A DNA stretch of 64,000 nt, taken from positions 13,144,001-13,208,000 of the forward strand of contig OZ176054.1 in the NCBI GenBank assembly GCA_964247055.1, given 5' to 3'. How positions within the stretch are numbered: position 1 is the first letter of the stretch; the number at the start of each line of letters is the position of its first letter. The notes beneath the pieces were generated by a model. That model saw nothing but the letters and a program-made list of their open reading frames with translations. It was not told the DNA's origin and searched no databases. A program made the position numbers and the translations under genes. Of this stretch, positions 12,159 through 24,800 are shown piece after piece. This DNA comes from Paragordius varius. Its lineage: Eukaryota > Animalia > Nematomorpha.

Positions 12159-13159
12159 TTAAAATTATGAATGAATAAATACAATTACCAACATTGAAAA
12201 TATTTTTTAGCATCTTGGACAAAAACCCTAATATGGTAGTAATAAAAAATGAAGCTCATATAAACAATTATGTCTATAATTTATAGTCAGCGGGAAAAAA
12301 CTAAAATTATTTAGTAATAGCCATATACATTTTTTTATATTAGAATTAATCTAAAAATTGTATGTAGTCAAGTTTTCATCCCAAAATAATACCTAAATAA
12401 AATATATATGCGCGAATATAATATTATTTGCTTTCTCAACAAACATCGAATTAGTTCACCGAGCAAAATCAGCAATCAATAATTTTAATTAAGACATAGT
12501 AGAAAAAGCGGTAGGCCTAGTAAAAAGACATGGAACACCTGAAAGGTTTAATGCGCTGTCTATATCAGAGCAAAAAATAACGAAAATCTTTTCATAAGCT
12601 TTCAGAGGTTTTAAACAGAAAGTTGTGGTCCTGGCTTGATCCAGAGGTGTATTTAAACAAACGGATATCTCTCATCAATTATTTTAACTGTTATTAAATA
12701 TAAAAAATTTTATAATTTTGGGTCTTAGAGTCATATAACACAGGTAATCATAAAATTCAATTAAAATCTTGAGAATATAGCATTCTTGTTATAAGAATAT
12801 CAAGGTATATTAACACTTTTTTACTTGGGATGGTATTGTATTATAGCTTAGATAAATATTGATTTCAGATCCCATTGAGTTGAAAATCCAGTTCCAGCCT
12901 TGCTTTCTCGGGAACCACTCAGGATACATTTTTCCTAAGAAATAATCGGGTTTCGGTTCTAGTGGTTCTCGTATGACTTTTTTTAAAAATAAAATTTATT
13001 TATATTAGTTTTTAATATTGATTGTATAATTTTATTTTTTCTAGATTTCCATAAAAATCAAATAACCATGATAATTTTAGAATATTTTCTTATGGTAATC
13101 GGTTGAAATGGAATTACCATGTCGTCAATTTTTTTAATGTCTTACACTTAACACCTTAA

Positions 13160-13720
13160 CACTCGGATACAACACATTCATTTTAGTCTTTCGATTCAAA
13201 TTGGGGTAGTTAAATACCCCGGGCCTTTTTATAATCGAATTCTTTAAAAAATATGGAAGGAATCGAAACCATTACAAAATTTCGCACTTCTATGACATCA
13301 AACCGAAATATGTAAAAAAAAATTTTGAAAAATACTTGATATTACTTATTTTTAGCTAAAACCGAAAGGTAAAAATTTAGTCAACGTGGCATGCAAGCAA
13401 TGGTAAAATTAAAAAATAATACAAAATAAAAAGCGTTTTCTGTTTTTATCAATGTTAGATGTGTTATAAATATAAAATTAGCTTTTATTTTTGCTTTAAA
13501 ATCAAATAAACACGATATTTTGCAAAAATGTTGTGAAATAAAAATGGCATCGAAGTAGTTTGACATGGAACTTTTTTTTTAAAACAAAATTTTATTGAGA
13601 TATTTTGGCATATTTATATAATTTTTATTAGGATAGAAGCATATCTATTGGGACCTTTTCCTTCGGTAGTATTTTAAAAATCCTAACTCAAATATTTAGA
13701 TACCCCATTGAATCGAAGTG
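13160..13720 (+). mobile_element. TTAA-flanked (piggyBac-type) MITE, copy A
   Basis: TTAA|cactcggatac...ttgaatcgaagtg|TTAA; subterminal tcgattcaaattggggta motif in inverted orientation at both ends. Confidence 0.7.
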
Positions 13721-13970
13721 TTAATGGAACCACTGACATACTGAAAAAGATTTATTCAATCAATATATTAAATACATTTACCTGGGGTAAAAAAACCGGA
13801 TAAAATATAAATATCTATATCAAAAAAATGTATCAGAATTATCATGGTACTTTTGGTTTTAGCCTTATGAGCGATATAAGAGATTTGTTTATACATTTGT
13901 GGTAAGTGCCCCAAAAGTTGCAAAATTTGCGCACATTTTTTGATAATATATTTTTTTGTAAATGCTTTAA

Positions 13971-14528
13971 CACTTGGATACAACACATTAGTCCTTCGAT
14001 TCAAATTGGGGTATTTAAATACCCCAGGTATGTTTAGAATCAAATTCTTAAAAAAATATGGAAGGAATCGACCATGGAAAAATTTTGCACTTATTTAACA
14101 TTAATAAACCAAAATATATATAAAATTTTAATAAAAAATACTTGATATTATTTATTTTAAGCTAAAACCGAAAGGTAAATATTTAGTCAACCTGACATGT
14201 GTGTAATAGAATTAAAAAATAATACGAAAAACACCTCTTTTTCTATTTCTATCAATGTTAGATGTGATTTAAATTTAAAATTAGTTTTAATTCTACCCTT
14301 AAAATTAAATGAAAACGATATTTTGCAGAAATTTTGTAAAATAAAAATGGCGTCGAAGTAGTTTGACATGGAACTTTTTTTCAAAACAAAATTTATTTAG
14401 ATATTTTGGCATATTTATATAATTTTTAATATAGAAGTATAAATTTGGGACCGTTTCCTTCAGTAGTTTTTGAATCCTAATTTAAATTAAGTCTGGGGTA
14501 TTTAGACACCCAAAATTGAATCGAAGTG
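13971..14528 (+). mobile_element. TTAA-flanked MITE, copy B
   Basis: TTAA|cacttggatac...aatcgaagtg|TTAA; collinear with copy A. Confidence 0.72.
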
Positions 14529-14654
14529 TTAATGTAAAAAATATAACTAAAAATTGTTTTTACAAAATTGTAATTTTTAGATATGGACTTTGCAAGTCCG
14601 AAATTTTTCGCGCTTCTAAAATGGTCTAGTTATCTAAAAATAAACGCAATAATG

Positions 14655-15180
14655 CCAAGGATTTGAATTGGGGTATCTAAATACCCCAGACTAAATTTGA
14701 GATAGGATTATTTAAAAACTACTGAATGAAACGGTCCTAATTTAAATTTATTTCTATCCCAAAAAAATATATAAAAATGCCAAATATCTCAATAAAATCT
14801 TGTTTTAAAAATAAATCCATGTCAAACTTCGACGCCATTTTTAATTTTCAAAATTTTTTACAAAATATCGTCTTCATTTTAAAGGTAATAAAGCTAAGTT
14901 TTGATTTAAGTTATATCTAACATTGATAATAATAGAAAAAGCTGTTTAATTTTTCAATTTTACCATTGCACGCATGTCACGTAGACTAAATTTTTACCTA
15001 ATAAATAATATCAAGTATTTTTGAATAAAATTTTATATATTTTGGTTATGTTAAATTAGTGCAAGATTTTGCCATTTCGATTCCTTCCATATTTTTTAAA
15101 GAAATAAATTTTAAACTGGCCTGGGGTATTTAACTACCCCAATTTGAATCGAAGGACTAAAATAATGCTGTATCCAAGTG
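14655..15180 (-). mobile_element. TTAA-flanked MITE, copy C, inverted relative to B
   Basis: Ends gtatccaagtg|TTAA at 15180; the body is the reverse complement of copy B. A further diverged relative lies near 53980-54260. Confidence 0.7.
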
Positions 15181-15562
15181 TTAAATATATGTTAAATTTT
15201 GATATCAATTAAAAATATTTTCAAAAAATGGATAATTATAAAAAATTTATTTTTAAAACTTTGTTTAAGCGTACTTGTTTAAAATTTTGGGAACGGTAAA
15301 ACGCTTTAAAATATTAAATAAACTTTTTCAGTATTATTATATAATACTGAACATTTCTACCACACAAAATTTTCAAATCAATTATTCCTTCGTCTTTAAT
15401 TTTTTACAAAATTAACCAAAATTTTTAAGCAAACAAACCTTAATATTAAAATTTTTTAAATTGTTAAAATGTTCAGCATCATTGAATTATATAGAAAATT
15501 ATAATATCTTAAAACGTTTTTAACCCTTTCTATCATACATAAGAATAATAAACAATTAAGAG

Positions 15563-15737
15563 CAACGGTACTCAAATCGTCGCCATAAAATGCCTTATGG
15601 CCCTTTAAAAAAATTTGAACCATTGTTTGAGGGCCAAAAAACGTTTATAAGCTCCCGTGCAATACCAATTAAATATTTTTGATCAACCTTAAATGTAAAT
15701 TAATATATCAAAAATATTTTGGACTTGAGCTACACCG
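15563..15737 (+). mobile_element. Degenerate hAT-type MITE
   Basis: caacggtactcaaa...ggccc...ttgagctacaccg resembles the termini of the 6644-9814 element; the flanks match at only 5 of 8 positions. Confidence 0.4.
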
Positions 15738-15986
15738 ATTAACTCTAAAAGTTAGAAAACTATAAAAAAGTTATTCTAATCAGAAAACGTTTGATAATAA
15801 TATTTTTGGAAAAAAAAACTTTTAAAAGAGTAGTTTAATGACTTTTCTATAGCTATCCGAAAATGTCATTGTCTATAAGTGAAAAAGTAATTAAGTTTTA
15901 AAACACAAAATAAAACCTTTTTTAATTTTTCGCGCTTTACAAGGTCCCAGCACTCGTGAAATCATCTGTATTTTCCGTCATCTTAA

Positions 15987-18805
15987 ATGTTTGGTCAAAA
16001 ACCACTCTTTGGAGGAACATCTTCCTCTATTTTTGGGCAACAAACTCAATCAACTCAAAATATATTCGGAACAACAAGTAACCTCTTTTTTATTATATAA
16101 ATATTTTTTGTTTTGAGTATGCCGTATTAGAAATAATAAAATAAATTCCAAATATAATTTTTTTAAAGACAACTATTTAACTTGAATTTCTTGATTATAT
16201 TCCATTGTTTTGGGTTGAAAAGAAATAAGAATTAAATTAATTGTAATCATAAGTCAGCCGTGTTTAACACAAAGCTTCGCGGGCCGCATCTCAAAGATAT
16301 GTCGGAATTTTAGGCGTAATACTGGCAAATACTATTTATTTAAACACTTCTGGCTAGTTTCTTGTCAAAATTTGAAAGACATATTCAAAAAATGTTTATC
16401 AGAGTGCCTCATTTAAAATGGATCTCTATTATCTTTTACGTTTTTTTCCCATATAGTTTTATATTTTTTGCATTTAAGATCCAACTCAAGCCGTGGTTCC
16501 GTTCGGTCAACAACCCCAACCCTCGGCGACCCCTTCTCTGTTCGGTCAACAACAGCCAACCCTAAATAATCCTTCGACAAATTTGTTTCAACCTCAAACA
16601 CCTGGGACATCTGCTTTCTGTAAGTTAAGTTTTTTAGTTAATTTTGAAAAATGTTTGTGTGTAATTTTAGAATTTGAAATATTCCCTTTTTTGTTTGATG
16701 AGTAACATTGAGTTTTTTGAGAAATCATATCTAAATATTTACTATACAATGTTTTGGTTGAAAATGAAATTTAGAATGTTACATATTTGAATTATATTTT
16801 TTACTTATAAACCGCCAATCGCAAACATATGCAAAAAATTTTTTCGTTTAAATAGTTGATCATTTTATAAAAAAAAGTATAACCCTTTATCCTTTTATAT
16901 TTCCTTTCCTTAGAGATATTTTTAAATACTATCTATATAGCTAAAAAATTGGTTAATTCACTAAAAATAAAATATTTTTAGTTTTATATTGAAATAAAAT
17001 ATATCTAATTTTAGCGTTTGGTCAAACACCGAATGCACAAACGACGCCATCTTTCTTCGGTGGGGCATCGACAGTCACCAGCAATGTGGGGTTCCCTTCC
17101 GCCCCTCAACAGACGCCATCTTTCTTTGGCGGTGCATCCACCGGTGGTGGCCTTTTTGGGATGGCCACTGCCCCACAAACAGCTGGTAGTAAACTTTTAT
17201 TCTTAATGCTAATATATAAAAATTTTTGGTTAAAATTGGTTTAATATACATGATTTTAAATGGTTAATTTTTAAAAACGGTTGTTTTTTATCAAGCAAAT
17301 TTTTAAAATTTTATTTGCATACAATAATAACATATTTTTAATGTTTGATTCGGATTTTACATTAATATTTGGTATTTTTGGTTTTATGCTATTTCGATAT
17401 TTTTTATTTGTGAACATTGGGCATATATAAAATGGCTCTAAAATAAATGCTTTAATAATATAAATACTTTTCTTTAAATTCAAAAATATATAGCATTTTT
17501 TCCAATTTTAATGTGAAATCTATCTATATTTCTTATTTAAAATTATTTTTGTCAAAAAACATTTTATTCAATTTAAGGCACAACGATCAAGTTTAAAGCC
17601 CCAACCGCGCAAGATACAATGTATCGAAATGGAATTTCCCAAAACGTTACTATTGGAATTCAATGCATTTCAGCCATGAAGGAATATGAAAATAAATCTC
17701 TTGAAGTATCAATTAATTAAAATAACTTGTAAAAAAGGTTTATTGAAAATTAGTAAAATTTAGATATAAATTCTGATATGTCGTTTTTTTATAAAAACAG
17801 ATTTAAAACTAAATTTAAAAGGTAAAAGATTGTATTCGTTTTTTTGTATAGATAATATACATGTTTTTTTGGAATTTGTTTATATAAGTCAATTGATAGT
17901 ATATTAAGTTATGAATGGAATTATATGCAATAAAAATTTATGTATAAGGATAAAACTTAAGAATAAATGTTTTAATATAATATATTTCAATCTGGAACAG
18001 ATGTAAAGAAACATATACTAAACTATTTAAAAATTTGATTATTATAATTCCTTAATATTTTACTTTATAATTTTAATTTTATATTCTAAAAAAGTTTTTT
18101 TTTATAATGAATATTAACTCGTAAATTTATAGATACTAACATGAATATGGGTGGGAATGACTTATTATTAATTTATGTTCGAAAAATTTTGCGTTTTAAA
18201 TGTAATTTTGTCAATTTCTTACTCCTACCTAACAAGCCCTTTTTATTTTTTTATTTTTATATATAAAAATTAAGGTTTAGAGAATATTATTTTAAAGTTT
18301 TTTTTCTGTTGAATTTCTTGATTTTTTTACTTTCTTGTTAGGAATTACGTCTCGAAGATTATATGGCAAATCGAAAAACTGCGACAGTAACCGGTTTAGG
18401 GTTAGGTTCGACCCCCTTTCAACTCGGTCAAACAGGTGAGTCAGCTGTTTTTTTTTCAAAATATAACTAGTAAACTCAAACTTTTAAAATGTGTCGAAAT
18501 TTATTAATTTCTGCATATTAGAACTAAAATATTTTTCCAAGAAGAATATTAATAAAACTTTTTTTTGCGCGAAATAATATTTTATTAGCACTTGATTGAT
18601 CAAATTTTTTGATTTTTTTGGGATTTTATATTATAATGTTTTTTATAAATAGAATGAGAATAATACTTTTTAGAAAGTAATAGAAAGATGAAAAAAAGTT
18701 TAAAGTTTCTTTTTATGGAATATAAAAGAAAATATCGAGGTTTTTTTTATAAAAATTGCGTTTTTTTTGCACATCGAATAAAATATTTTTGCCTTTTAAT
18801 TTTTA

Positions 18806-18840
<35 letters not shown>

Positions 18841-21800
18841 TTCCTCACTGTTTGGTGGTACCCCACAAAGCAGTACGACGACCAACATTTTTGGGGTAAA
18901 TTCCAACCCCAGTATTTTTGGTGCTTCCTCGTCTTCGTTTCTGGTTTTATTTTATTTAAAATTTTATTTAATTTATAAATTAAATTTTAATTTGATTAAA
19001 TTTTAATTTTGTAAGTAAATATGTTTAAAAATAAGCTATTGAATATATATATATATATATATAAGTTTAATGTCCAAATTAAGGGGTATTTTATAATATA
19101 TTTTTAAAATATTTTATAAATTTTTTGATTTTTTTTATATATTTCTTTAATTTATGTTTTTTTAAAAAAATTTAGACTAGTACTACACCTTCGCTGTTTG
19201 GAGCTGCTCAGGTATTTTTTTATTTTTAGAAAATTTAATTTTTTTCGAATAAAAGAAAATTTTTTTATTTTTATACCATAAAAATTTTTCTTATATTAAA
19301 AATTTTATATTTTTATATCCTTTAAAAATTTGCAATTTGAAAAAATTATATTTTTTATTTATTTTTTTATTAATATTTTTTTATTTTATATATAATTTAG
19401 CCTTCCGCAACACCCAGTCTTTTCGGGCAACAAACGGTAAAAAATTTAAAATTATTTTATTTATTCAAAAAAAAATAAATTAAATATTTCTGTGATTTAA
19501 TTAAATATTAATTTTTTTTACAATTTTGAATTTTTTTTTTAGTCACAACCAACAGCTGTTGCGACTCCATTTCAGTTTGGCGTTACGCCTCAAGTATATT
19601 TTATATTTTTTTGTAATTTTTTTTGAAAAAAAATTAAATTAACCGAAGCTCATTTAATTTAAAAAGAATTTTTTTAAAAGATTTTTTGTAATATATTTTT
19701 AACAATATAAGTTAGATTTGGAATATAGTATTTATTAATTATAGCTATAAAATGATTATATGGAAAGAATTAAGGTTTAATATGGGGCTGTCTTTTATTT
19801 GTCTTATATTGTTTTGTCTTTTTTAAATAATTCCTATTTTATTTTTTATAGTTTGTTTTTTTTTAAATTTTATACTATAAAATTTTAAAATTTTTTTATA
19901 GTTTTATTTAACACTTAATGTCAAACATTATTCCATTTTTTTGTATTTCATTTATTTTTTAATTCCGAATTTTTTATATCTTAGGTAGCAAGCAATGCCC
20001 CGAGCTTATTTGGAACAGGGGCGGCGAAACCCGCCCTCTTTTCTGGTTTTGGCCAGCCGACCGCTCCTGCCATCTCGACTACCCCGGGATTTTCATTTAA
20101 TTTTGGTAATTCATAATTTTTTTTTGAAAGTTTAAGAATTGTTTTATTAAAAAACTTTTTAATTCTTTTAATTAGGATTTGCATAAATAATTATATCATT
20201 TTCTTAAGTTTATTCTTTTTTCTTTATTATAGTTTCGAAATAGTTTTTTCTTAAAAAGTTCTATATATGTATTCATCGTACTAAGTTAAAAACATTTAGA
20301 ATTTTTTTTTCAGTTTTACATAATTTAACTTTCAGAAAACTTATATTTTTGTTTGAGAACACTGTATTTTTTGAAAAAAAAACATTATGTTAAAAAACAA
20401 ATTTTTTACCTGGAATAGGAACTTTTTTATTTATTTTTAAAATGTTTTTCTATTAAGGAAAAATCCTCAGTTTTTATCAGGATTGGAAAAATTATAACCA
20501 TTTTTATTGATTTAAATATAAAACTCAAAAATATTTTTTCCTTAAAAATTCTCAAACTATTTTTATATAGGTAGCACAGTAGTTTCAACTTCATCATCAG
20601 CTGTTCCTGGGGGGTTTTTTGGAGGGCAACCCACTGTGGTCAGTTCAACGACCCCAAGTTTTTTTGGCGCCACACCTGCTCTGGGCTCTAATCTTTTTGG
20701 TAAAATTGCTTGTTTTCCATAAAATCAATTGGAATTGGAATTAATTAGGATTTGATTAAATGTTAAATGTCATTTTTTGCCAAAATATAAATTTTTTAAC
20801 CTAATTCATAGAACAGTAAAACTTTTAAAATTATACGGACAAAACGTGAAAATATAAGAACGGATTTTTTTTCTAAATTACAACCTTACTTTTTTTAATT
20901 CCTTATCTTATGTTACTCATTTGTTTTAAACTGCATTATATTTATCAATTATTATGTATTTTTTGATAAATGATTTTTAAATAGGATAAATTACGGTTTA
21001 GAAAATATGAGGGTATCTTTTAAAAAAAATATTTGTCCCTATATTTTCACATTTTGTCCGTATAAATTCATAATTTTACTGTGTATTTTGACAAAAAATG
21101 TTAATATTAAAATATATTAATATTTTTTTTGATAATTAATTTTAACATTTATTATATTTTTAGGTCAACCGGTTGCAAGTTCGACCCCATCACTATTTGG
21201 ATTTCCTTCTGGTATTAATTTAAGAAATTTTTTTTAATTTCACTTTAAATGTTTAAGATTTAAAATTTGGTGGTGAATTTATAATTATTAATAAATTTAC
21301 AGTATAATATAAAAATATAAATATTAATTAATATACTATAGATATATTTAGAAATATCACATTATTTAGCTTAACTTTGAAGTTTTGTCCTATAGAAATT
21401 AGGGTTTTATATTCAAAAGTATTTATATATATATATATATATATATTAGGCTTATTTTCCCCACACTATATATAGTTGTGGTCAATTGGTAACACACTCT
21501 ACTAGTGTATGGAAAAAACAACAAAATATCTAAATTTAACAATCTTTACCCATCTAATAACATTACATTACTTTAATGATTTAAGACTTTGTTGTTGTTT
21601 TTTCCATACACTAGTGTGTTGCCACACCACAACTATATATATAGTGTGGTTAATAAGCCAGTATTAAAATGCAAACTATAATACGTGGGTAGAAAATAAG
21701 GTTTCTAAACATTTGATTTCCGCTTTATATTTAATTTGATTTTTAAAGCTGTTTCAACAAATGCGCCACCTTCCCTGTTCGGCGGCCAACAGCCTCAACA

Positions 21801-24800
21801 AACATCAACCGGAGGGGGATTTTCATTTTTTGGGGGCGGGAATATTCCAGGGCAAGCATCTGCCCCATCTGCACCCACAGGTGGAGGCAGTACATTCAAT
21901 TTCTTTGGATCATCATCAGCTGTTATCACTACGACTTCAACTCAGGCCGCGCCAAGCTTTGGCGCGTTTGGATTTGGAGCTGCTACCGGTATATTTTGTC
22001 TAGATTATAGATTCTAGAATATTCTATTTTTTTCGTTTCTACAGTTATTTAAATGTGTTTTGATTAGAGTTCCATAAGGAAAAGTGTGCGTAATAGATTA
22101 AAAATTTATTTTCTTTTTACTTTATGTTTGTCGTTTATAAATTTATGTTACACACATGTCTATATCCAAACATATTTTCAAAACAGCTGGCAGTGGGGGC
22201 GCTTTTGGATTTCCCGCCAAAACAACTTCTTCTGCAGCTGCTCCAACTGGATTTTCTTTCTTTGGCGCTCCTTCTCAAACATCAGCTGTTGTCAACACAA
22301 CAACACCTTCCCTGTTCGGTTTTGGCGGCGGGCCATCATCTGTGTTTGGCGCGCCACAAACACAGCTAGGAACTGCGCCCTCTTTTGGGGCAGCCACTAC
22401 ATCAGCTGGTGGGCAATTTTCTTTGTTTCAAATGCCGTCCGCTGCTCCATCAGCTGTTTCAGCCCCAAATCTATTTGGTGGTGGAGGAGGATTTCCGTCT
22501 GCACCCGGATTCAACATGGCGGCGCCCATAAGTAGTACTCCTGCGCCATCTTTGTTTGGCTTTGGTACAAATCAAACGCCTGCATTTGGGTAAGTTTTTA
22601 CAGATACACCTATATAAAATTTAAATGATACGGACAAAACATAAAAATATAAGACAAATGTTTTTTTAATTCTAAAAAGCGGAGGAAAATACATTTATTC
22701 AGGGTCAATAATATTTTTCTTTAGTCTGTAAAGTTTTTATCCTTAAATCTGGCAAATATGAATATAATTTTTACAATTTTATATCATTTACATTTCAAAT
22801 CCATTCACCCCTTAAACAGAATGAATGGAATTTCGTTTAAAATTAATATAATAAAGAAAAATATGATAAACTGCGCCACAAAGGAATATAGATCACAATA
22901 ATAATAATAATAATGGGTTAAATTAGCCCCAAAATTGATGAAATTTATTTTTAGGGGGTTTAAAATGTTTACGATTAAATGGTTTTAAATGTTAAGAGTG
23001 AATTTGAAAATAATGCTAAGGTATATTTGATCAAAATTATGTTTTAGAGGGAATTTAAAATATTTTACAGGGAATTTAAACTGTTTTAGAGTGAATTTGA
23101 AATATTTCAAGTGGTAACTTAAAAAAATATAATATTTTTTAAACCAAATTCTTCTATATTGATAGTTCTTTTGGGGGAACTGGAAATACGAATAATCCTT
23201 TTAATTTTGGAAATTCGTCGATTCAACCAACCGGTTTTGGCGGTTCTTCTTTATTCGGTCAATCATTGGCGACCCAACAAGCATCAGCGCCATCATCTGG
23301 TTTATTTGGTAATCTTTTTTTTATTTTGATTTAAAATTGCATTTTTAACAAATAAAACTTTTAAAGTAATAACTCTTTAAAAATCAGTTATTTTATGTTA
23401 ATTTTTTAGAGATTATTATTTGGTTTTAATCTTAAATGGCTTAAAAAGTTGAGAAATTATACAGTAAAAACTGAAATAATACGGATAAAACTTAAAAATA
23501 TTATGACTAATAATTTTTAAGACAACTATATTTTTAAATCTTGATTTATTTAAATAAAACTCATTATTTATAAATGGCATAATTTTAATTGTAACTAAGT
23601 TGCTTATATGGGGAACATTTAGATTTTAAAAGTATGGTTGTCTTTTAGATAAAAATATTTGTCTTTATATTTTAACGTTTTGTCCTTATGTTGAATTTTA
23701 ATTTTTACTGTAAAATGCCAAAATTGTTTAAAAAGTACAAATATTGACAGTTTTTTACTTTTAAAGAAACCATATTTAAATATTTTATTAAATATAGTGA
23801 AATTCAAATTATACTATGGGCTAAACGTAAAAATATAAAGACATATATTTTTTTAAAATACAACCAACACAATACTTTTTATACCTTAATTTACCCCTAT
23901 AAAAATATTTAAATACAATTGTAAAATATATAATTTGTTGTGTTACCAAATTTATATTATCCATTTGGATTTGAAACACCTTAAGTAAATTAAAAAAATT
24001 TTTAAATGGTTGTTTAGTATTGTCTTTATATTTTCAGTTTTCTCCGTATAATTTGAATTTTTACGGTAATAACAAACGCATATAAAAAATCCTTTTAAAA
24101 ATAACTCTATTTAAAATATTTTTAAATATATATAATATTTTGAGAATATTATTTTTCATTCTATTCATATATGTAATAATTTAACTTTAGTTCAATCCCA
24201 ACCAACTCAAACACCGCAAATAACCCAATCAAATTATACAGGGTATAGTATATATATATACATATTAATTTTTTTTCATATATATCTGGTTTTTTTTTCG
24301 ATTTAAAATGTATGATTACTTATATTTTTACTTACACTTTGTAGATCCTTGATACCATCAAGCTTAAGCGCTCAAACATTTCAAAATGGTAATTAATTTT
24401 TTTATTTTTTAATTGTTAATTTTTTTTAATTTTTTGTTGAAAATTTTTTATATTTTTTTTAGTAAAATATGAAAAGAAATGAAATAATACGGACAAATTA
24501 TAAAAATATAAAGACACAAATACTATTTTTTTCTAAAACCATACTTTTGTTTCAAACCTTAATTTTTTTCCTACATAAATTATTAAAGTTACATTTTTAA
24601 ATGATATAACTGAGTGTAGGTATTATCAATTTACTTCATCTTTAATTCCTATTTTGTAATTTAAAACGATAAGTAATATTGTGTAAATATTAAGGCTTAA
24701 AAAGTATGGCGTTATCTTTATATTTTTACGTTTTGTCCATAAAATAGTGTGAATTTTATTTTATCGATTAAAAATTTAAAAATAAATTTAATTTAAAAGA

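Noticed and set aside
12430-12690. Coding-looking stretch upstream of PHF5A
   Set aside because: Stops in all frames or no recognisable motif; cannot be assigned.
15927-15935. E2F-like TTTCGCGC upstream of Nup98
   Set aside because: A single short motif; similar words occur in repeats (for example ~14605), so it is not supportable alone.
18840-18943. Possible frameshift in Nup98 exon 6 at T/A runs
   Set aside because: The computed ORF 18688-18978 implies an uninterrupted GSSLFGGTPQ...IFG reading; treated as my counting uncertainty.
16362-22535. Alternative-frame and antisense ORFs over FG exons (16362, 16413, 17018, 18688, 19981, 21761, 22086, 22124)
   Set aside because: Shadows of GC-richer Nup98 exons.
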